Shown here: in pieces, positions 40,577 through 52,820 of the stretch
Numbering within the stretch: position 1 is the stretch's first letter
Layout of the letters: each line of letters opens with the position of its first letter
Sequence record: NC_048047.1
Length of the DNA stretch: 64,000 nt
Direction: 5' to 3' (one strand)
Position numbers and translations under genes: made by a program
The notes under the pieces: generated by a model
Told to the model about the DNA's origin: nothing
The model's database searches: none
What the model saw: the letters and a program-made list of their open reading frames with translations, nothing else

Positions 40577-40705
40577 ACCACCCAGCGGGCTAACTGGCCA
40601 CATCTGGCCAGTTAGCCCGCAGAACTCCTCATATCTGGCCACATGTGGCCAATTCAGCCCTGGCGGAGTCAGGGTTGCAAGTCCCAAGCAAAAGACCAAG
40701 CACCC

Positions 40706-41455
40706 ATGACCATCGCCCTCATCAAGGCGCTCGCGACCGCCGCTGAGCACGGCCTTGCCGAAGCCCTCGCCGGCAAGAAAATCTACCCCGACAACGAGCA
40801 CATGCTGGCCGCCCTCATGGAGGAAGTCGGCGAAGTGGCAGAAGCCCTGCTCGAAGCCCACCGTGATCCCGACAACGCCGCCAAGCAGGCCAAGGTCTAT
40901 GCCGAGGCCATGCAAGTCGTCGCCCTGGGCCTGCGGATCGGCCTCGAAGGCAGCGGCGAGTTCTCCTACGAGTTCCGCCAGGAATATGCCGACGCGTTCA
41001 AGACCGTCGAGCCGCCGGCCCCCAAGAAGGCGTCGGCCAAGGCCTCTCCCAAGAAGACCACCGACGATCTGGCCAAGGACGTCGAGCAGCAGAAGGCCAT
41101 CGATCGTCTGATCGACGAGATGCGCCAGATCAACAAGCGCCCCATCCCGCCCTACGAGTATCCGGTGTGGGTGGGCGGCGCCGCGCCTCGCGCCATGTGG
41201 ACCGGCGGCGGCTCGGGCGTCCAGGGCGATGGCGTGGGCGGCGGATGCTCGACCTACGCCGGGGGCGGTGGAGGCTACAGCGTCAACGGATCGGGCGGCG
41301 GCGCCCATGGCGGCCCATCCTTCAGCGCCTGCTACCCGCCGATCAACGCCCCCGAAGGCGTGAGCGTCAACATCGCCGCCAAGCTGCCGGCCAAGCGCCT
41401 GTCGACGGTCAAGGACGACGACTACTGCCCCGCGATCACGGGCGTGAACCACTGA
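40706..41455 (+). CDS. MazG-like NTP pyrophosphohydrolase domain with a Gly-rich C-terminal extension
   Basis: LAALMEEVGEVAEALL...YAEAMQVVAL is the EExxE...E MazG signature. Confidence 0.7.
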   Translation: MTIALIKALATAAEHGLAEALAGKKIYPDNEHMLAALMEEVGEVAEALLEAHRDPDNAAKQAKVYAEAMQVVALGLRIGLEGSGEFSYEFRQEYADAFKTVEPPAPKKASAKASPKKTTDDLAKDVEQQKAIDRLIDEMRQINKRPIPPYEYPVWVGGAAPRAMWTGGGSGVQGDGVGGGCSTYAGGGGGYSVNGSGGGAHGGPSFSACYPPINAPEGVSVNIAAKLPAKRLSTVKDDDYCPAITGVNH

Positions 41456-44400
41456 TGGCCGAGCCCCACACCCTCAAGGTCGGCGACCGCGTCACCCATC
41501 CCGACTGGGACGGAGCCGAACGCACCGTCGAAGCCATCGCCCCGATGATGCGCTCCACCTGGGTCAAAGGCCGCCAGAAGCTGGTCGAAGACCCCCAGAT
41601 CAACATCGTCTGCCTCGACGCGCCCATCCTCGACAGCGACGGCTTTGCCGATGACGCCTGGATGGAACCCGGCCTCATCCTTATCGAAAGACCCGCCCCG
41701 TGAGCGACGAACGTCCCACCATCCAGGTCCTCGCCCTCCACGACGACGAGATCGAGGCCTTCGTGCCGACCCCCGAGCAAGCCGCCGCGATCGCCGCCGG
41801 CAGCCTGATCATCGGCCGCATCCGCTACGCCCCCAACCCCGACTACGTCGCACCCCAGGAAACCGCCTGACCATGATCGCCGCCACCTTCGACAAGATCG
41901 CCCAGGACCTTGCGATCGACGAACACGCCTCGCCGGCCGCGCGCCTCCTGGCCAACGCCATCCTGCTGCGCGTGATCGAGGACGATGACCTCGCCGCCGA
42001 GAACGAGGCCCTCGACAAGACCGTCGCCTCGCTCAAGGGCCGTCTGCGCGAGGCTGAGGGCAAGCTGGAGAGCGCCTACCAGATCGGCCGCGACGGCGTC
42101 CTGGCCGTGCAGAACATCGAGCAAGCCAAGTACCAGCAACTCTATGACGATCATATGGAGGTCGTCACCCGTCTCCAGGCGCTCGAAGTGCGCCTGAAGG
42201 ACGTCCAGGAACAGCCCGTCGTCGACGAGACCCTGGTCGCCAAGCTGCGGCGCGACATCAAGGACTACCAGGACCGCGACGCCAAGTTCCAGGACAAGAT
42301 CGGCGAGTTCCGCGAGGCCAATATCAAGCTCCTCAAGGAGCGCGAGGAGATCGCCTTCGCCCGCGAGGCGCTGAACGAGGAAAACGACTCCCTGGCCAAG
42401 GAACTGGACATGGCCGACGCCGCGCTCCAGGAACTGCACAAGGAGTGGCGAGGGATGGAGGCGCGCGCCCTGGGCGCGGAGACGGCGCATGACGCCCTCC
42501 AAGGCAAGCTCAAGCGCGCCGAGACCAGCGCCGACCAATACGCCAAGCGCGTGGAGGGCCTGGAAAAGCAACTGGCCGATAGCCGCGACCGCGTCGAGCA
42601 GAAGACCAGCGAGCATCGCGCCGCCCTGGCCAACATGCGCGACCTGGAACAGCAGAACATCAAGCTGCGCACGGCCGCCGAGGTCACCCTGAATGACGAC
42701 CTCCTGATGGAGAACGCCAAGCTGCTCGCCCAGGTCAAGCAGTTGACCCAGGAAGGCGTCTGGAAGGACAAGTCCATCGCCAGCTATCAGGCCGACGCCC
42801 TGGTCAAGGCCCCGACCGACGAGACCCTGCTGGCCACGGTCAACGCCCAGGCCGCCGAGATCGCCAAGCTCCAGGCCAAGCTTCGCGACGGCTTCGAGGG
42901 CGGCTCGATCGAGCATGCCGAGGCCGCGCCGGTGCTCGTCGCCTGCCAGTCGAGCGTCGATCTTCTGAGCCTGCGCAACAACCTCTGGCAGACCACCCTG
43001 GCGCCGCACCTGATCTTCGCCGTCATCGGCGAGGACAAGCCCGCCGGCCCGCTGGGCGGCATCATCGTCATGCCCACCCAGGCCGTGGGCCTCAAGAAGC
43101 CCGACGCCGTGCGCACCCACGATGCGATCCGCAAGCTCGACTGGCTCGCCGATGTCAAGAAGCAACTGGCCGACGGCGCCGGCCTCGTCACCATCCAACC
43201 GCAGTGAGACCGATGACCAACCCGACCCTTTCCCTCACCGTCTCGGGCGCGCGCGGCGCCGGCAAGACCGTCCTGATCCGCAAGGTGGCCCAGTTCCTGC
43301 GCGAGCAGGGCTACGCGGTCGACACCCAGCGCCTGCCGCGCGGCACCGACTACGCCTTCGATGGCGTCAAGGGTGATGGCCGCACCATCACCCTGTTCGA
43401 AGGCGGCCTCTGATGCTGCCGACCCTGGTCGACCTCACACTCGAACACGTCCGCGAGCGCAGCGCGCAGGGGGATTGTCCGCTCACTCAGCCCTATTCGG
43501 TCGAGTGGCTGGAAGACGCCCTGCTGACCCTGGCCGATGAACGCGACGCGCTGAAGAAGCAGGTCGAGGACCTGTCGTTCGATCTCGACATCAAGAAGAT
43601 TCGCATCGACCACTTTGAGGCCCTGGCGGCTTTCTCCAAGCCTGCCGAGCCGGCCGTGCCCTTTGCTGATGCCCGCGATGACCTGCGCTTCAATGATCCG
43701 GTCGCCTACGACAACATGAACCGCGTCCAGGTCACTGCCAAGCACGCGGTGATCACCATCACGCCATCCCCGGCCCCGGCGGTCGACATCACCACCTCGC
43801 CGATCTTCCAGAGCGGCTGCTTCCTGAACGACCAGACCATGGTTTCCAGCGAGCGCGACTTCCTGGGCTACACCGGCGGGATCGTGGTGGGCGAGGCGCC
43901 CGACCTGGGGCTCGCGGGTGGAGCGCTGCATCACAGCCTGTCCGACTGCGCCTCGCGGTTTCACCCCGCCGGCCCGTTCCAAGGTTTCCCCGGCACGGGC
44001 GCCGACTACGTCCAGGACCTGAACGCCGTAGGCATTTGCGATCCCGCCGTCTTCACCGGTGAACCGGGAAACCTCGACGTGGAGTGGACCGAGGACACCC
44101 GCAGGTTCCTGGCCGCCATCGAGCGTAAGAAGCAGCCGCCCCTGACCCCCGAGGAAGAGGCCGACAAGCTGGCCCAGGCTGACGCCGCCGCCCTGGAATT
44201 CGTCAAGGGCATGATGCGTTGGGAACTTCCCATAGAACGCCTCAAGACCGGCCAGCCGATGATCCCCACCCGCCCCGGCTACGGCATCGCAGTGACCGAC
44301 ACGCCCTACGGCAGCAAGAGCCGCGAAATGCGGGTCTATCGCGGCGAGACCATCGACTGATGCTCTCCCAGCCCCTGCGAATCAAGGCCAGCGACAAGAC

Positions 44401-47400
44401 GTGGCAGGCCGAACATGCCGGCGCCTTGCTCTCGTCGGTCACCAACCTGGAACTGACCCTCAAGGCCGGCGAGGTCCCGAGCGTGACCCTCACGCTCGAC
44501 ACGCTGGCGGGCGGCACCAACTTCCTGGCCGAGGCCCGCTGGCGGCCGATCAAGGTCAACCGCGCCCTGCGGCTGGCCCAGGTCTATGGCAAGGCCATCG
44601 CCGTCGCCCAGCAGCAGCCGATCCTGCGGCAGGTTGAGGTGATCAACACCGGCGGCGCGGCCAGCGACTGGATGGTCCGCTACCTCGATCGGACCGCGAC
44701 CCCGCCACTGCATAAGGTCAAGGTCAGCGTTCGCGGCAACCCGCCGATCGTCATCGCCGACCTCTGGGTCCAGGAGGACATCATCGATCATGTCGATGAC
44801 GCCGCTCTGCGCCGCCACTTCTCGTTCGACTTCGTCACCGAGCTTCTCGGCGCCAACTACCAGGAACTCGTCGATGCCCTCTGAGCGCAAGTACGTGATT
44901 CTCAGAACCGTCGAGACGCCGGTCGAGGAGGAAAAGGAACGCATCGCCCGCAAGATGGGCAAGGCATGGCGCTGGCAGACCCAACGTCTGCATGACAAGG
45001 ACGCCGGCGTCGAGGGCAACTGCACCACCGTCGCTCTGGCCAGCCTCCTTGCCATGCCGGTGAGCCACGTGCCCGACTTCATCACCCTCTACCCCGACGC
45101 CGGCGAGTTCTGGTTCGCGATCGAGCGCTGGGTGGCCGAGCAGGGCTACCACCTGCAATTGATGCGCAAGGAATTTGCGCCCAGGACCCTCTATCTGGCT
45201 TCGGGACCTTCGCCGCGCGACGCCGAACTCTCCCACATGGTCATCATGCAGGACGGCAAGCTCTATCACGACCCCCATCCGTCGGGCGCCGGCATCACCG
45301 AGGTCAGGCACGTGTGGATTTTGCTACCGACCGACCCTGGCAAGCTGCGAATCTTCTAACAAACAACAAGAGATGACGAAAATGGCCCTTCCCGACCCCC
45401 AGAATGTCGGTCACATGCAGATGGTCGCCCATCTCGCCGACGAAATGGCCAAGATCACGGCCTTGAACGACCCCTATAATCCCAACGACCACTATCCGCC
45501 CAAGGGCACGCCCGATGGCTGCCTGATCCTTGCGCTGTCCTGCGACAATTTCACCGTCCTGGGCCACACCGGGCGCTATCTGCACGCCATGATCAACTGC
45601 GCCGGCTTCAATGGCGAGGAACTGGGCCTGGAGGGCGTCCCCGACGAGCCCGGCTACTGGGTCTGCGAGAACGGTTCGGTCAATGCCGGCACCGACAGCT
45701 ACACCGGCGAGGGCTATGCCGAGATGTACGGCGACTGGCGCCCGGCGCGCCGTGAGGACTTCGAGCACTACGGCGTCGACATGCCGGCGATGCTGCTCTG
45801 ATGGGCGGCTACGCCCCCAGGCCCGCGAAACGCGCGCGCCTTCGCCCTTCGCCACCCAACTTCAAGTCCGACTATGCGCGTCATCGCGAAAAGGAGGAGC
45901 GTATCGCCGCCAAGGTCGGCGGCGAGCAGGAGTTGAAGCGCCTGCTGCGCGAGCAGGAAGAAAAGGGACCCTTCGCCGTCCTCTGCCAGGACATGCACAC
46001 GGGTCGCTACCACTTCCTGTCCGCCGTCGAGCACCGCAGGCAGACCAGGGCCTATTTCCAGCCCAGCATCGCCGAGTCGCTCGACAGCCTCAACGAAATC
46101 ATGAGCAAGCTGACGCCCTCGGTCGCCAGCGACGCGCCCAGGACCGCCACCTCCAGCCTCTACGCCGAGGTCCAGGCCCTGCCGGTGGGCGGCCGGATGA
46201 TCGTCGGCGGCCTCAAGCGCGGCCCCGAGGAACTGGGACCCAACGTCCAGATCGTCTACGACGCCGAGATCGACGAACACATCGCCATCAAGCTGCCGCC
46301 ATCGCCCTATCTGAGGGTGGACAAGCCGCCCAAGCAGGTCACGCAAGGACCGACCGGTCCTCTGTCGCCGGGGCCGTTCGAGCCAAAGATCAAGGACGGT
46401 CCATCGTCCTTCTGGTTCAGGGTCGTTGAGATCGCCGGCGTCCTCCTGGGAACCTGCATCGGTACTGCCATCTATCACGCGATCTGCGGGCCGTCCTAAG
46501 GGCGGCCCTTTCCATGTCACGCTGCGTGTCACGAGGCGCCGAAAGAATCCTGCGCTATTTTTCTTGACCTGTGACGCGCAGCATGACATGACATGGTTAA
46601 CGAAGAGGTTGCCATGTCCCCCCAAACCACGGAAAGCCAGATCGACGCGCTCTTTGAGGAGCCCGTCCCGGCCTATACGATCCACAGCGCCCTGTATGCC
46701 GCGCCCCGGACCCAGAGCTTCAACCCGGCCGACCTGATCATGGTCGACGAAGTCCCGCCGCTGGGCTTCACCGAAGCGCTGCTGCACGGTGACGAGGCCG
46801 TCATTCCCCTGGCGCGCGGCCCGCTGCCCGAGAGCGGTCCCGGCCGCATCATCGACGGCGGCTCGGTGGAGATTTTCGTCAACACCCTGACCGCCTACGA
46901 TAGCGCTGGCGATCCCGGCGCCGGCAGCCAGACCGAGCCGGAATACTTCCTCGATCAGGTCCACCCCGGCGGCATCTGGTACCTGATCCCCGACGCCGAT
47001 CGGCTGGCCTGGAACGATCACTGCGCCGTCGCCGAGCCGATCTACCGCCGCTACATCGACGAGCATGTCGAACTGTCGGCCGAGGAAGAAGACCTCGTGG
47101 CCACGCCGGCCTACGCCAAGCCCTTGCTGACCCATCCGCGCTGGACGGTCTTCAAGTCCCCCCGCCAGAAGTTCTCCTGAGCCGAGTACCCGCCATGTTC
47201 AGCGTCAGCAAGACCTATTCCGAGTTCCCGGCCGATCAACGCGACAAGATCGCCGCTGACCTCAATCCGGCCGCCCGCGAGCAGTTCATCGCCGGCAAGC
47301 TGGACATCGAAATCCTGGAGTTCAAGGGCGAGGGCGTGCGCGCCATCGAACGCGCCGTCGCCGAGAAGAAGCGTCAGGTCACCGAAGCTTTCGCCCCCGA

Positions 47401-48736
47401 TCTCGAAGCCCTTGCCTGGGCCAAGAAGTGGGCGGCCGAGCCGGTGATCGTCATCCCCGCCGATCTGGCTGCCTGATGATCGCCTACGACCTTCGCCAGC
47501 AGCATGACGATTGGGGCAACAACCCCGCGCTCCTGACGGTGGAGGATCGCAACGCGATTGACCTTGGAGCCTGGAAGCGGGCCGGTCACGAGACCCTCTG
47601 CGAGACCTGCGACCGTCCCTACTGGAAACACCCCGAGGTCATCGGAGCCCTGTGGCTCCACCGCCTCTGCGACAACACCCTGGTGAAGCTATGAGCAAGA
47701 TCAACGGACCTTTCTGGGTCGTCACCTACAAGACCGAAAGCGGCGACGAGGGCTTCTACGGAGTCTTCAACGAGGAGCCGACCGACGCCCACTTCCTGGC
47801 TTTCGCCCTGGAGGATTTCTCCGAGGAAGTGATCGAGGAAGAAGACGACGAGGGCGTTATCACGCGCACCCTCTACATCTACTTCCGCGCCCACGAGGTC
47901 GAGAGCATCACCGACCTGCCCGATCCGGTGGAGGACTGAGCATGGTGGAAATCCCCACCGCAGCCTCGGTCCTGGCCCTGGTGCCCGGCGTCTCCTACGA
48001 GGCCTTCAGTCGCACCATCGTCAACCAGATCACCACCGCCGCCAACAGCGGCCGGCGCGAGATCACCATCATGAACAACGCCGTCAAGGGCAACCTCGTG
48101 GCCGAGTACGTGAAGGGCGCCACCAACGGCGACGACATCGTCGCCAAGCTCATGCGCGAGTTGACGAGCAAGGGCTACAAGGTGGCGCGTCATAGCGAGG
48201 ACTATCGCGACCCCCGTGATTACTCGCCGGCCTACATCTCCATCTCCTGGTAGCGCCATGGCCCACCCTGATGACATCGTCGCCTGTCCCTACTGCACCT
48301 CGATCAACACCGAGGCGCACTTCGAGGACCATCCCGGCGGCTACGGCGGCCACATCCAGGTCGGCCCCTACTCGTGCTTCGAGTGCGACGCCGTCGAGAT
48401 GAGCCCGTACGAGGACTACCCCGAGGCCACCGCCGAGGAGAAACAGAAGTTCTGGCTGCGGGGGACGGTCTGATGATCCAGGTCACCGAGCCAAACCGTC
48501 GGGTCACCTACCTCAATCCCGATCACATCGTGGCGGTGGGCCGCTACGACGCGACCGAGGACGACACGGCGATCATCATCCGCGACTGGGACGGTTATCT
48601 GCGGGTCGTCGAGAACGTCATCGACGTCACCCGGTTGATCCGCGCCTCGCGCAAGTACGGCGACCACTACGACTACGTCTTCATCGACAAGGGCGTCCTG
48701 AAGGGCGAGCGCGACGAGCGCACCTGCGTACTGTAA
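41455..48736 (+). other. Run of plus-strand hypothetical genes
   Basis: CDSs at 41455-41703, 41700-41870, 41873-43207 (long coiled coil), 43213-43413, 43413-44360, 44360-44884, 44874-45359 (possible Cys-His-Asp peptidase-like: GNCTT, SHMVI, HDP), 45382-45801, 45801-46499, 46614-47180, 47195-47476, 47476-47694, 47691-47939, 47942-48253, 48258-48473 (two CxxC) and 48473-48736. Confidence 0.7.
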
Positions 48737-48750
48737 CCGGAGTACCCCGC

Positions 48751-49191
48751 GTGACCACCATCGTCTTCAAGGACGGCCTTGTCGTCGCAGACCGACTGAT
48801 CACCGAGCGCGGCGCGCGCCTGGGATACAAGACCAAGATCGTCAAGAAGGGTGGGGCCATCGCGACGGGGGCCGGCTCCTCGATCGTCTGCCGCCAGTTC
48901 ACCGACTGGTTCCTGGGCGGCATGAAGGGAGCCCCGCCGGCCATGAAGACCGACCCGCATCCCAACGCCCCGTCGTCGGAGTGCGTCATCTACTTCGCCA
49001 AGGACCGCTTCGTCACCTTCGACGCGGCGGGCGTGAGCGAAATCTACGCCGACCATCACACCCTGGGCTCGGGCGCGCCGTTCGCGCGCGGAGCCCTGGC
49101 CGCCGGCGCCGATCCCATCCGTGCTGTCGAGATCGCCATCCAGTTCGATCTCTATAGCGGCGGCGAGATCGACGTCCTTTCCCTGAACTGA
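48751..49191 (+). CDS. Ntn-hydrolase, HslV/proteasome-beta-like protein
   Basis: N-terminal MTTIV...VVADRLIT, KTKIV, AGS and LGSGAPFARGAL motifs; Thr nucleophile exposed after Met removal. Confidence 0.72.
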   Translation: MTTIVFKDGLVVADRLITERGARLGYKTKIVKKGGAIATGAGSSIVCRQFTDWFLGGMKGAPPAMKTDPHPNAPSSECVIYFAKDRFVTFDAAGVSEIYADHHTLGSGAPFARGALAAGADPIRAVEIAIQFDLYSGGEIDVLSLN

Positions 49192-49199
49192 AGATCGCC

Positions 49200-49994
49200 A
49201 TGCCCTCCTGCATCGTTGTCAGCCCCAAGGTCAAAGAGGGGCAGCCTGCCCCCAAGCTGAAGGCCTACACGGTCCTGGAGCAGGACGAGTACACCGGCGG
49301 CATCGTCTTCGCCGCCCATCATGCCGTGGCCCGCCGCGCCGGCGCCAACGAATGGGGCGATGGCGAGTGGGAATATGTCGAGTGCCGGCGCTCGCCGGAA
49401 TATGACGCCTACGGCCCCGAGGGTCTCAACGATCTGATCCTCTGGCGCAATGGCTGGCACTTCGAGTGCATGTGCGGCCGGCGCATCGACAGCGACTTTG
49501 GCTGGCAGAACGCCGACATGGTGTGGAGCACCAAGTACGGCGAGTTCATCGACCGCGAGCACAAGACCAAGCGCCTCTACTGCGCGCCGGTTCTCAAAGA
49601 ACCGGTCCTCCACGGAAGGCACCTCTACTGCTCGCCCTGGTGCGCCATGAACCGGCGCAACTGGCAGGCCGAACGAGAGCGCGACGGCGATCTGGCCATG
49701 ACCATGGCCCGCCTGTCGGGCACCCTGGAGGGTTGCGAGATCATCAACGGCGCCAAGCGCACCGAGAGCGTGGCGACGGGTAAGACCATCACCTGGGACT
49801 TCATGGGTCATCCGCGCACCCGCCCGGAGACCAAGGACGTCGCCACCTACCACGTCGCCTTCAGGTTCCCCGGCGGTCAGTACCCCGGCGACTGGAAGCA
49901 CACCGATCCCACCAAGGTCTATCTGAGCCGCGTCGATGTCGAGGCGTGGTGCAAGTTCAAAGGAAAACCCTTCGATGCGGAACTATATGGATGA
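49200..49994 (+). CDS. Hypothetical protein with Cys motifs
   Basis: Clean ORF with ECMCGRRI and YCSPWC. Confidence 0.7.
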   Translation: MPSCIVVSPKVKEGQPAPKLKAYTVLEQDEYTGGIVFAAHHAVARRAGANEWGDGEWEYVECRRSPEYDAYGPEGLNDLILWRNGWHFECMCGRRIDSDFGWQNADMVWSTKYGEFIDREHKTKRLYCAPVLKEPVLHGRHLYCSPWCAMNRRNWQAERERDGDLAMTMARLSGTLEGCEIINGAKRTESVATGKTITWDFMGHPRTRPETKDVATYHVAFRFPGGQYPGDWKHTDPTKVYLSRVDVEAWCKFKGKPFDAELYG

Positions 49995-50520
49995 TGAGGA
50001 CGAAGACGATTTGAGCTTTGGTGGGGCAATTCGGCCCTTCAAGCAAAAGGTCGCTAAGATCAAGAACGGGGCAAAGCGCCGCGCCTACGAGAAGTACATC
50101 AAGAAAGACTATGAACTCAAGAAGATCGCTCCGATCTGTATTGAGTGCGGCAGCCTCGCTTCCCTGACCTCCGGCGAGATCGCCTATCCCAACAAGCCGG
50201 AGTTTCGTCGCGAGCAGGCCTATCTCTGCAAGTGCGGCGGGCGCGTTCGTTGCCATCCGGGCACCACGATCGCCCAGGGCTACCCGGCCAACCACAAGAC
50301 GGCCGAGGCTCGCTGGCACACCCACAACGCCTTTGACGCCCTGTGGCGCGACGGCCCGTTCACCCGGTTCCTGGATGCCCGCTCTCGCGCCTATGCGTGG
50401 CTGGCGGCCGAACTCGAACTCGATCTCGACGACTGCCACATCGGCATGTTCAACGCCAAGACCTGCCAGCGCGTCCAGACGCTCTGCGAGGTCAAGGCCC
50501 GCGAAGGAAGCCTGCATTGA
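49975..50520 (+). CDS. DUF3268-like zinc-finger protein
   Basis: CIECG...YLCKCGGRVRCHPGT...THNAFDALW...AYAWLA...CHIGMF pattern. Confidence 0.75.
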   Translation: MRNYMDDEDEDDLSFGGAIRPFKQKVAKIKNGAKRRAYEKYIKKDYELKKIAPICIECGSLASLTSGEIAYPNKPEFRREQAYLCKCGGRVRCHPGTTIAQGYPANHKTAEARWHTHNAFDALWRDGPFTRFLDARSRAYAWLAAELELDLDDCHIGMFNAKTCQRVQTLCEVKAREGSLH

Positions 50521-52322
50521 CCACCAACTGGCGCCGGCTCTCGTACATCGAAGAGACGCTCAAGAAGATGGGCGACCTGACCCTGCGCGAGATCGCCGAA
50601 TGGATCGACGATCTCACCGTCCAGGTCGATCACCTGGAAGCCGAGAACGCCCGGCTCGCCAACGAGATCGACGAACTCGAAACCCAGATGGCTGGAGAAG
50701 ACCTGTGATCGCGAGCCCCTACGAAGACCGCGTCAAGGAAGTCCTGAACGCCAATACCGCCTGGGAACTGGCCGAGCTTTACGTGGTCATCTCCGATGAG
50801 AACATCAAGCTGCAAACCGAATGGCACGCGCTGATCGCCGAAAATCAGGCGACCCTGGCCGACAGCGCCCAGGCCATCAAGACCATCATCCAGGATCACG
50901 ATGAAACCAAGGTCTCGCTGGCCCTGGCGGTCGAGGAGATCGGCGCGCTGACCGTGGCCCAGGCCAATCTGATGCGCGAGCGTGACGAGGCGCGCGCCGC
51001 CCAGGCCCTAGCCGAGGAGAAGTACGCCAAGCTGGCCGAGGTCGCCGGCGGGGAGAACCTCGCTGAACAGATCAGGCGCGCCACCATCCAGCGCGAGATG
51101 GACGGCCTGCGCAAATCGCTCGACGAAGCCAGGGCCTGGGCGGAGAGGGAGAAGCTGATCGAGCCGGCGGAGTCGGCCTGGGACATCCTGGCCCGCGTCG
51201 GCGAGGCCGCCTTGGTTCGCTACGGGACCAAGCCGTGAAGCCATCGCCCCGCGAGATCAAGCCGACCGACACCTTCCCGGCGACGTTCCTGGCGGCCTCC
51301 GGGCGGTTCTTCCCCTGCACCATGATGTCCTACGCCTTCGACGGCGCCGCGCCAGACGAGGTGCTGATCGAGGCTTCCAAGACGATCCACGCCAAGGTCC
51401 AGGACTGGATCACCGCCAAGATCGTCGAACACGACTGCCATAGCACCTGGGTCCGCGTCGTCGGGGATCAGGTCATGCAGGACCACCCCTGGCTTCTGGT
51501 CAGGTTCACCCAACCGGCCGTTCAGGCCGCCTTCACTCAAGATTTCAAGGACTACCTCCGATGAGCAAGATCATCTCCTTCCAGGACGTCACCAACGAAC
51601 TCGGCAACCGCATCTCGCTGAAGGTGCTGCTGAACGATGACGCCACCCTGACCGTCGTGATCACCGGCCCCGACAGCGAAAGCACCAACACCCTGACGCC
51701 GACCGAGTTCAAGGCCCTGGCCGGCGTCCTGCGCACGGCCCTGCCGTCGATCACCTTCTAGGGGTCTGCGCCGGTGGACGTCGAGGCCTACAAGAAAGCG
51801 ATCCACGAGGCCACCCACCGGCGGCTCGCGCTGGAAAACCCTTGTCGCGACTGCGGCGCCCTCGGAACCCTCAAGATCGAGGGCTCCGAGGACAGCGAGG
51901 GCTACTATCGCTGCAAGCCGTGCGAACCGTGCGGCGGCAGGGGCTGGATCAAGAAGCCCCTGGCCGAGGTCATGACCATGCGATTTGGCCCCGAGTGGCC
52001 GATCGTCCTGACCCCGCGCCAGAAGCTGATGGCGCTGGAGAACCGCTTCTACAGCCGCCAGACCTGGACGCCCAAAGCCGGCGATCTCTACACCACCTCG
52101 CGAGCCGATTATGAGCTATACGAGATCGTCGACATCGACACCAACGACCACACTACCCACCGACGTATTCGCACACGCTACCGGTCGAAGCCGGACGGGC
52201 CGATCTCGGAGTGGTACGCGTGCGAGTTCCTCTCCGAAAACACCTTCGGCTACGCCAGAACCCACGTACCCAATTGGATTTTCGCCGTTCCCGAGGGGCC
52301 AGCACAGGGTCTGGCCGGGTAA
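50517..52322 (+). other. Run of hypothetical genes
   Basis: CDSs at 50517-50708, 50705-51238 (coiled coil), 51235-51564, 51561-51761 and 51774-52322 (CxxC...CxxCxxC). Confidence 0.7.
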
Positions 52323-52344
52323 GTTCGCCCCCTTCGAGCGCGGC

Positions 52345-52803
52345 ATGTGCCGTTGGTGCGGCGCTGTCATCCTCCGGGCCGACGGCACCGTCAACAAGCG
52401 CAAGCAGTTCTGTGACCGCCACTGCGTCCACGAGTTCCTGCTGAGGACCGATCCGACCCGCTGGCGCAAGAACACCTACAAGGAGTCGATGGGCATCTGC
52501 CATCGGTGCAGCGAGGTCTTCGACTACTACGAAGATGATGGATGGGAGGCCGATCACATCGTGCCGCTCTACCACGCCCACCGGATCGGGGACTGGACCG
52601 CCTGGGACCCCGAGAACCTCCAGCTTCTCTGCATCCCCTGCCACAAGGACAAGACGCAGGAAGACTACGCCACCTACGGCCGGCCCTGGCTGGGTGAAAG
52701 CCCCGACGTCCTGCCCGACAGCGACGAGCCGCACCCCGAGGACCTGCCTGACTTCGGCGAAGAAGACGAAATCGACTTCGATGCCGATGAAATCCCATTC
52801 TAA
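52345..52803 (+). CDS. HNH endonuclease with an acidic tail ending DFDADEIPF
   Basis: CRWCG...FCDRHC, CHRC...WEADHIVPL...NLQLLCIPCHKDKT. The start is uncertain (frame open from 52111). Confidence 0.8.
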   Translation: MCRWCGAVILRADGTVNKRKQFCDRHCVHEFLLRTDPTRWRKNTYKESMGICHRCSEVFDYYEDDGWEADHIVPLYHAHRIGDWTAWDPENLQLLCIPCHKDKTQEDYATYGRPWLGESPDVLPDSDEPHPEDLPDFGEEDEIDFDADEIPF

Positions 52804-52820
52804 GACAAAGACTTAAGCCT

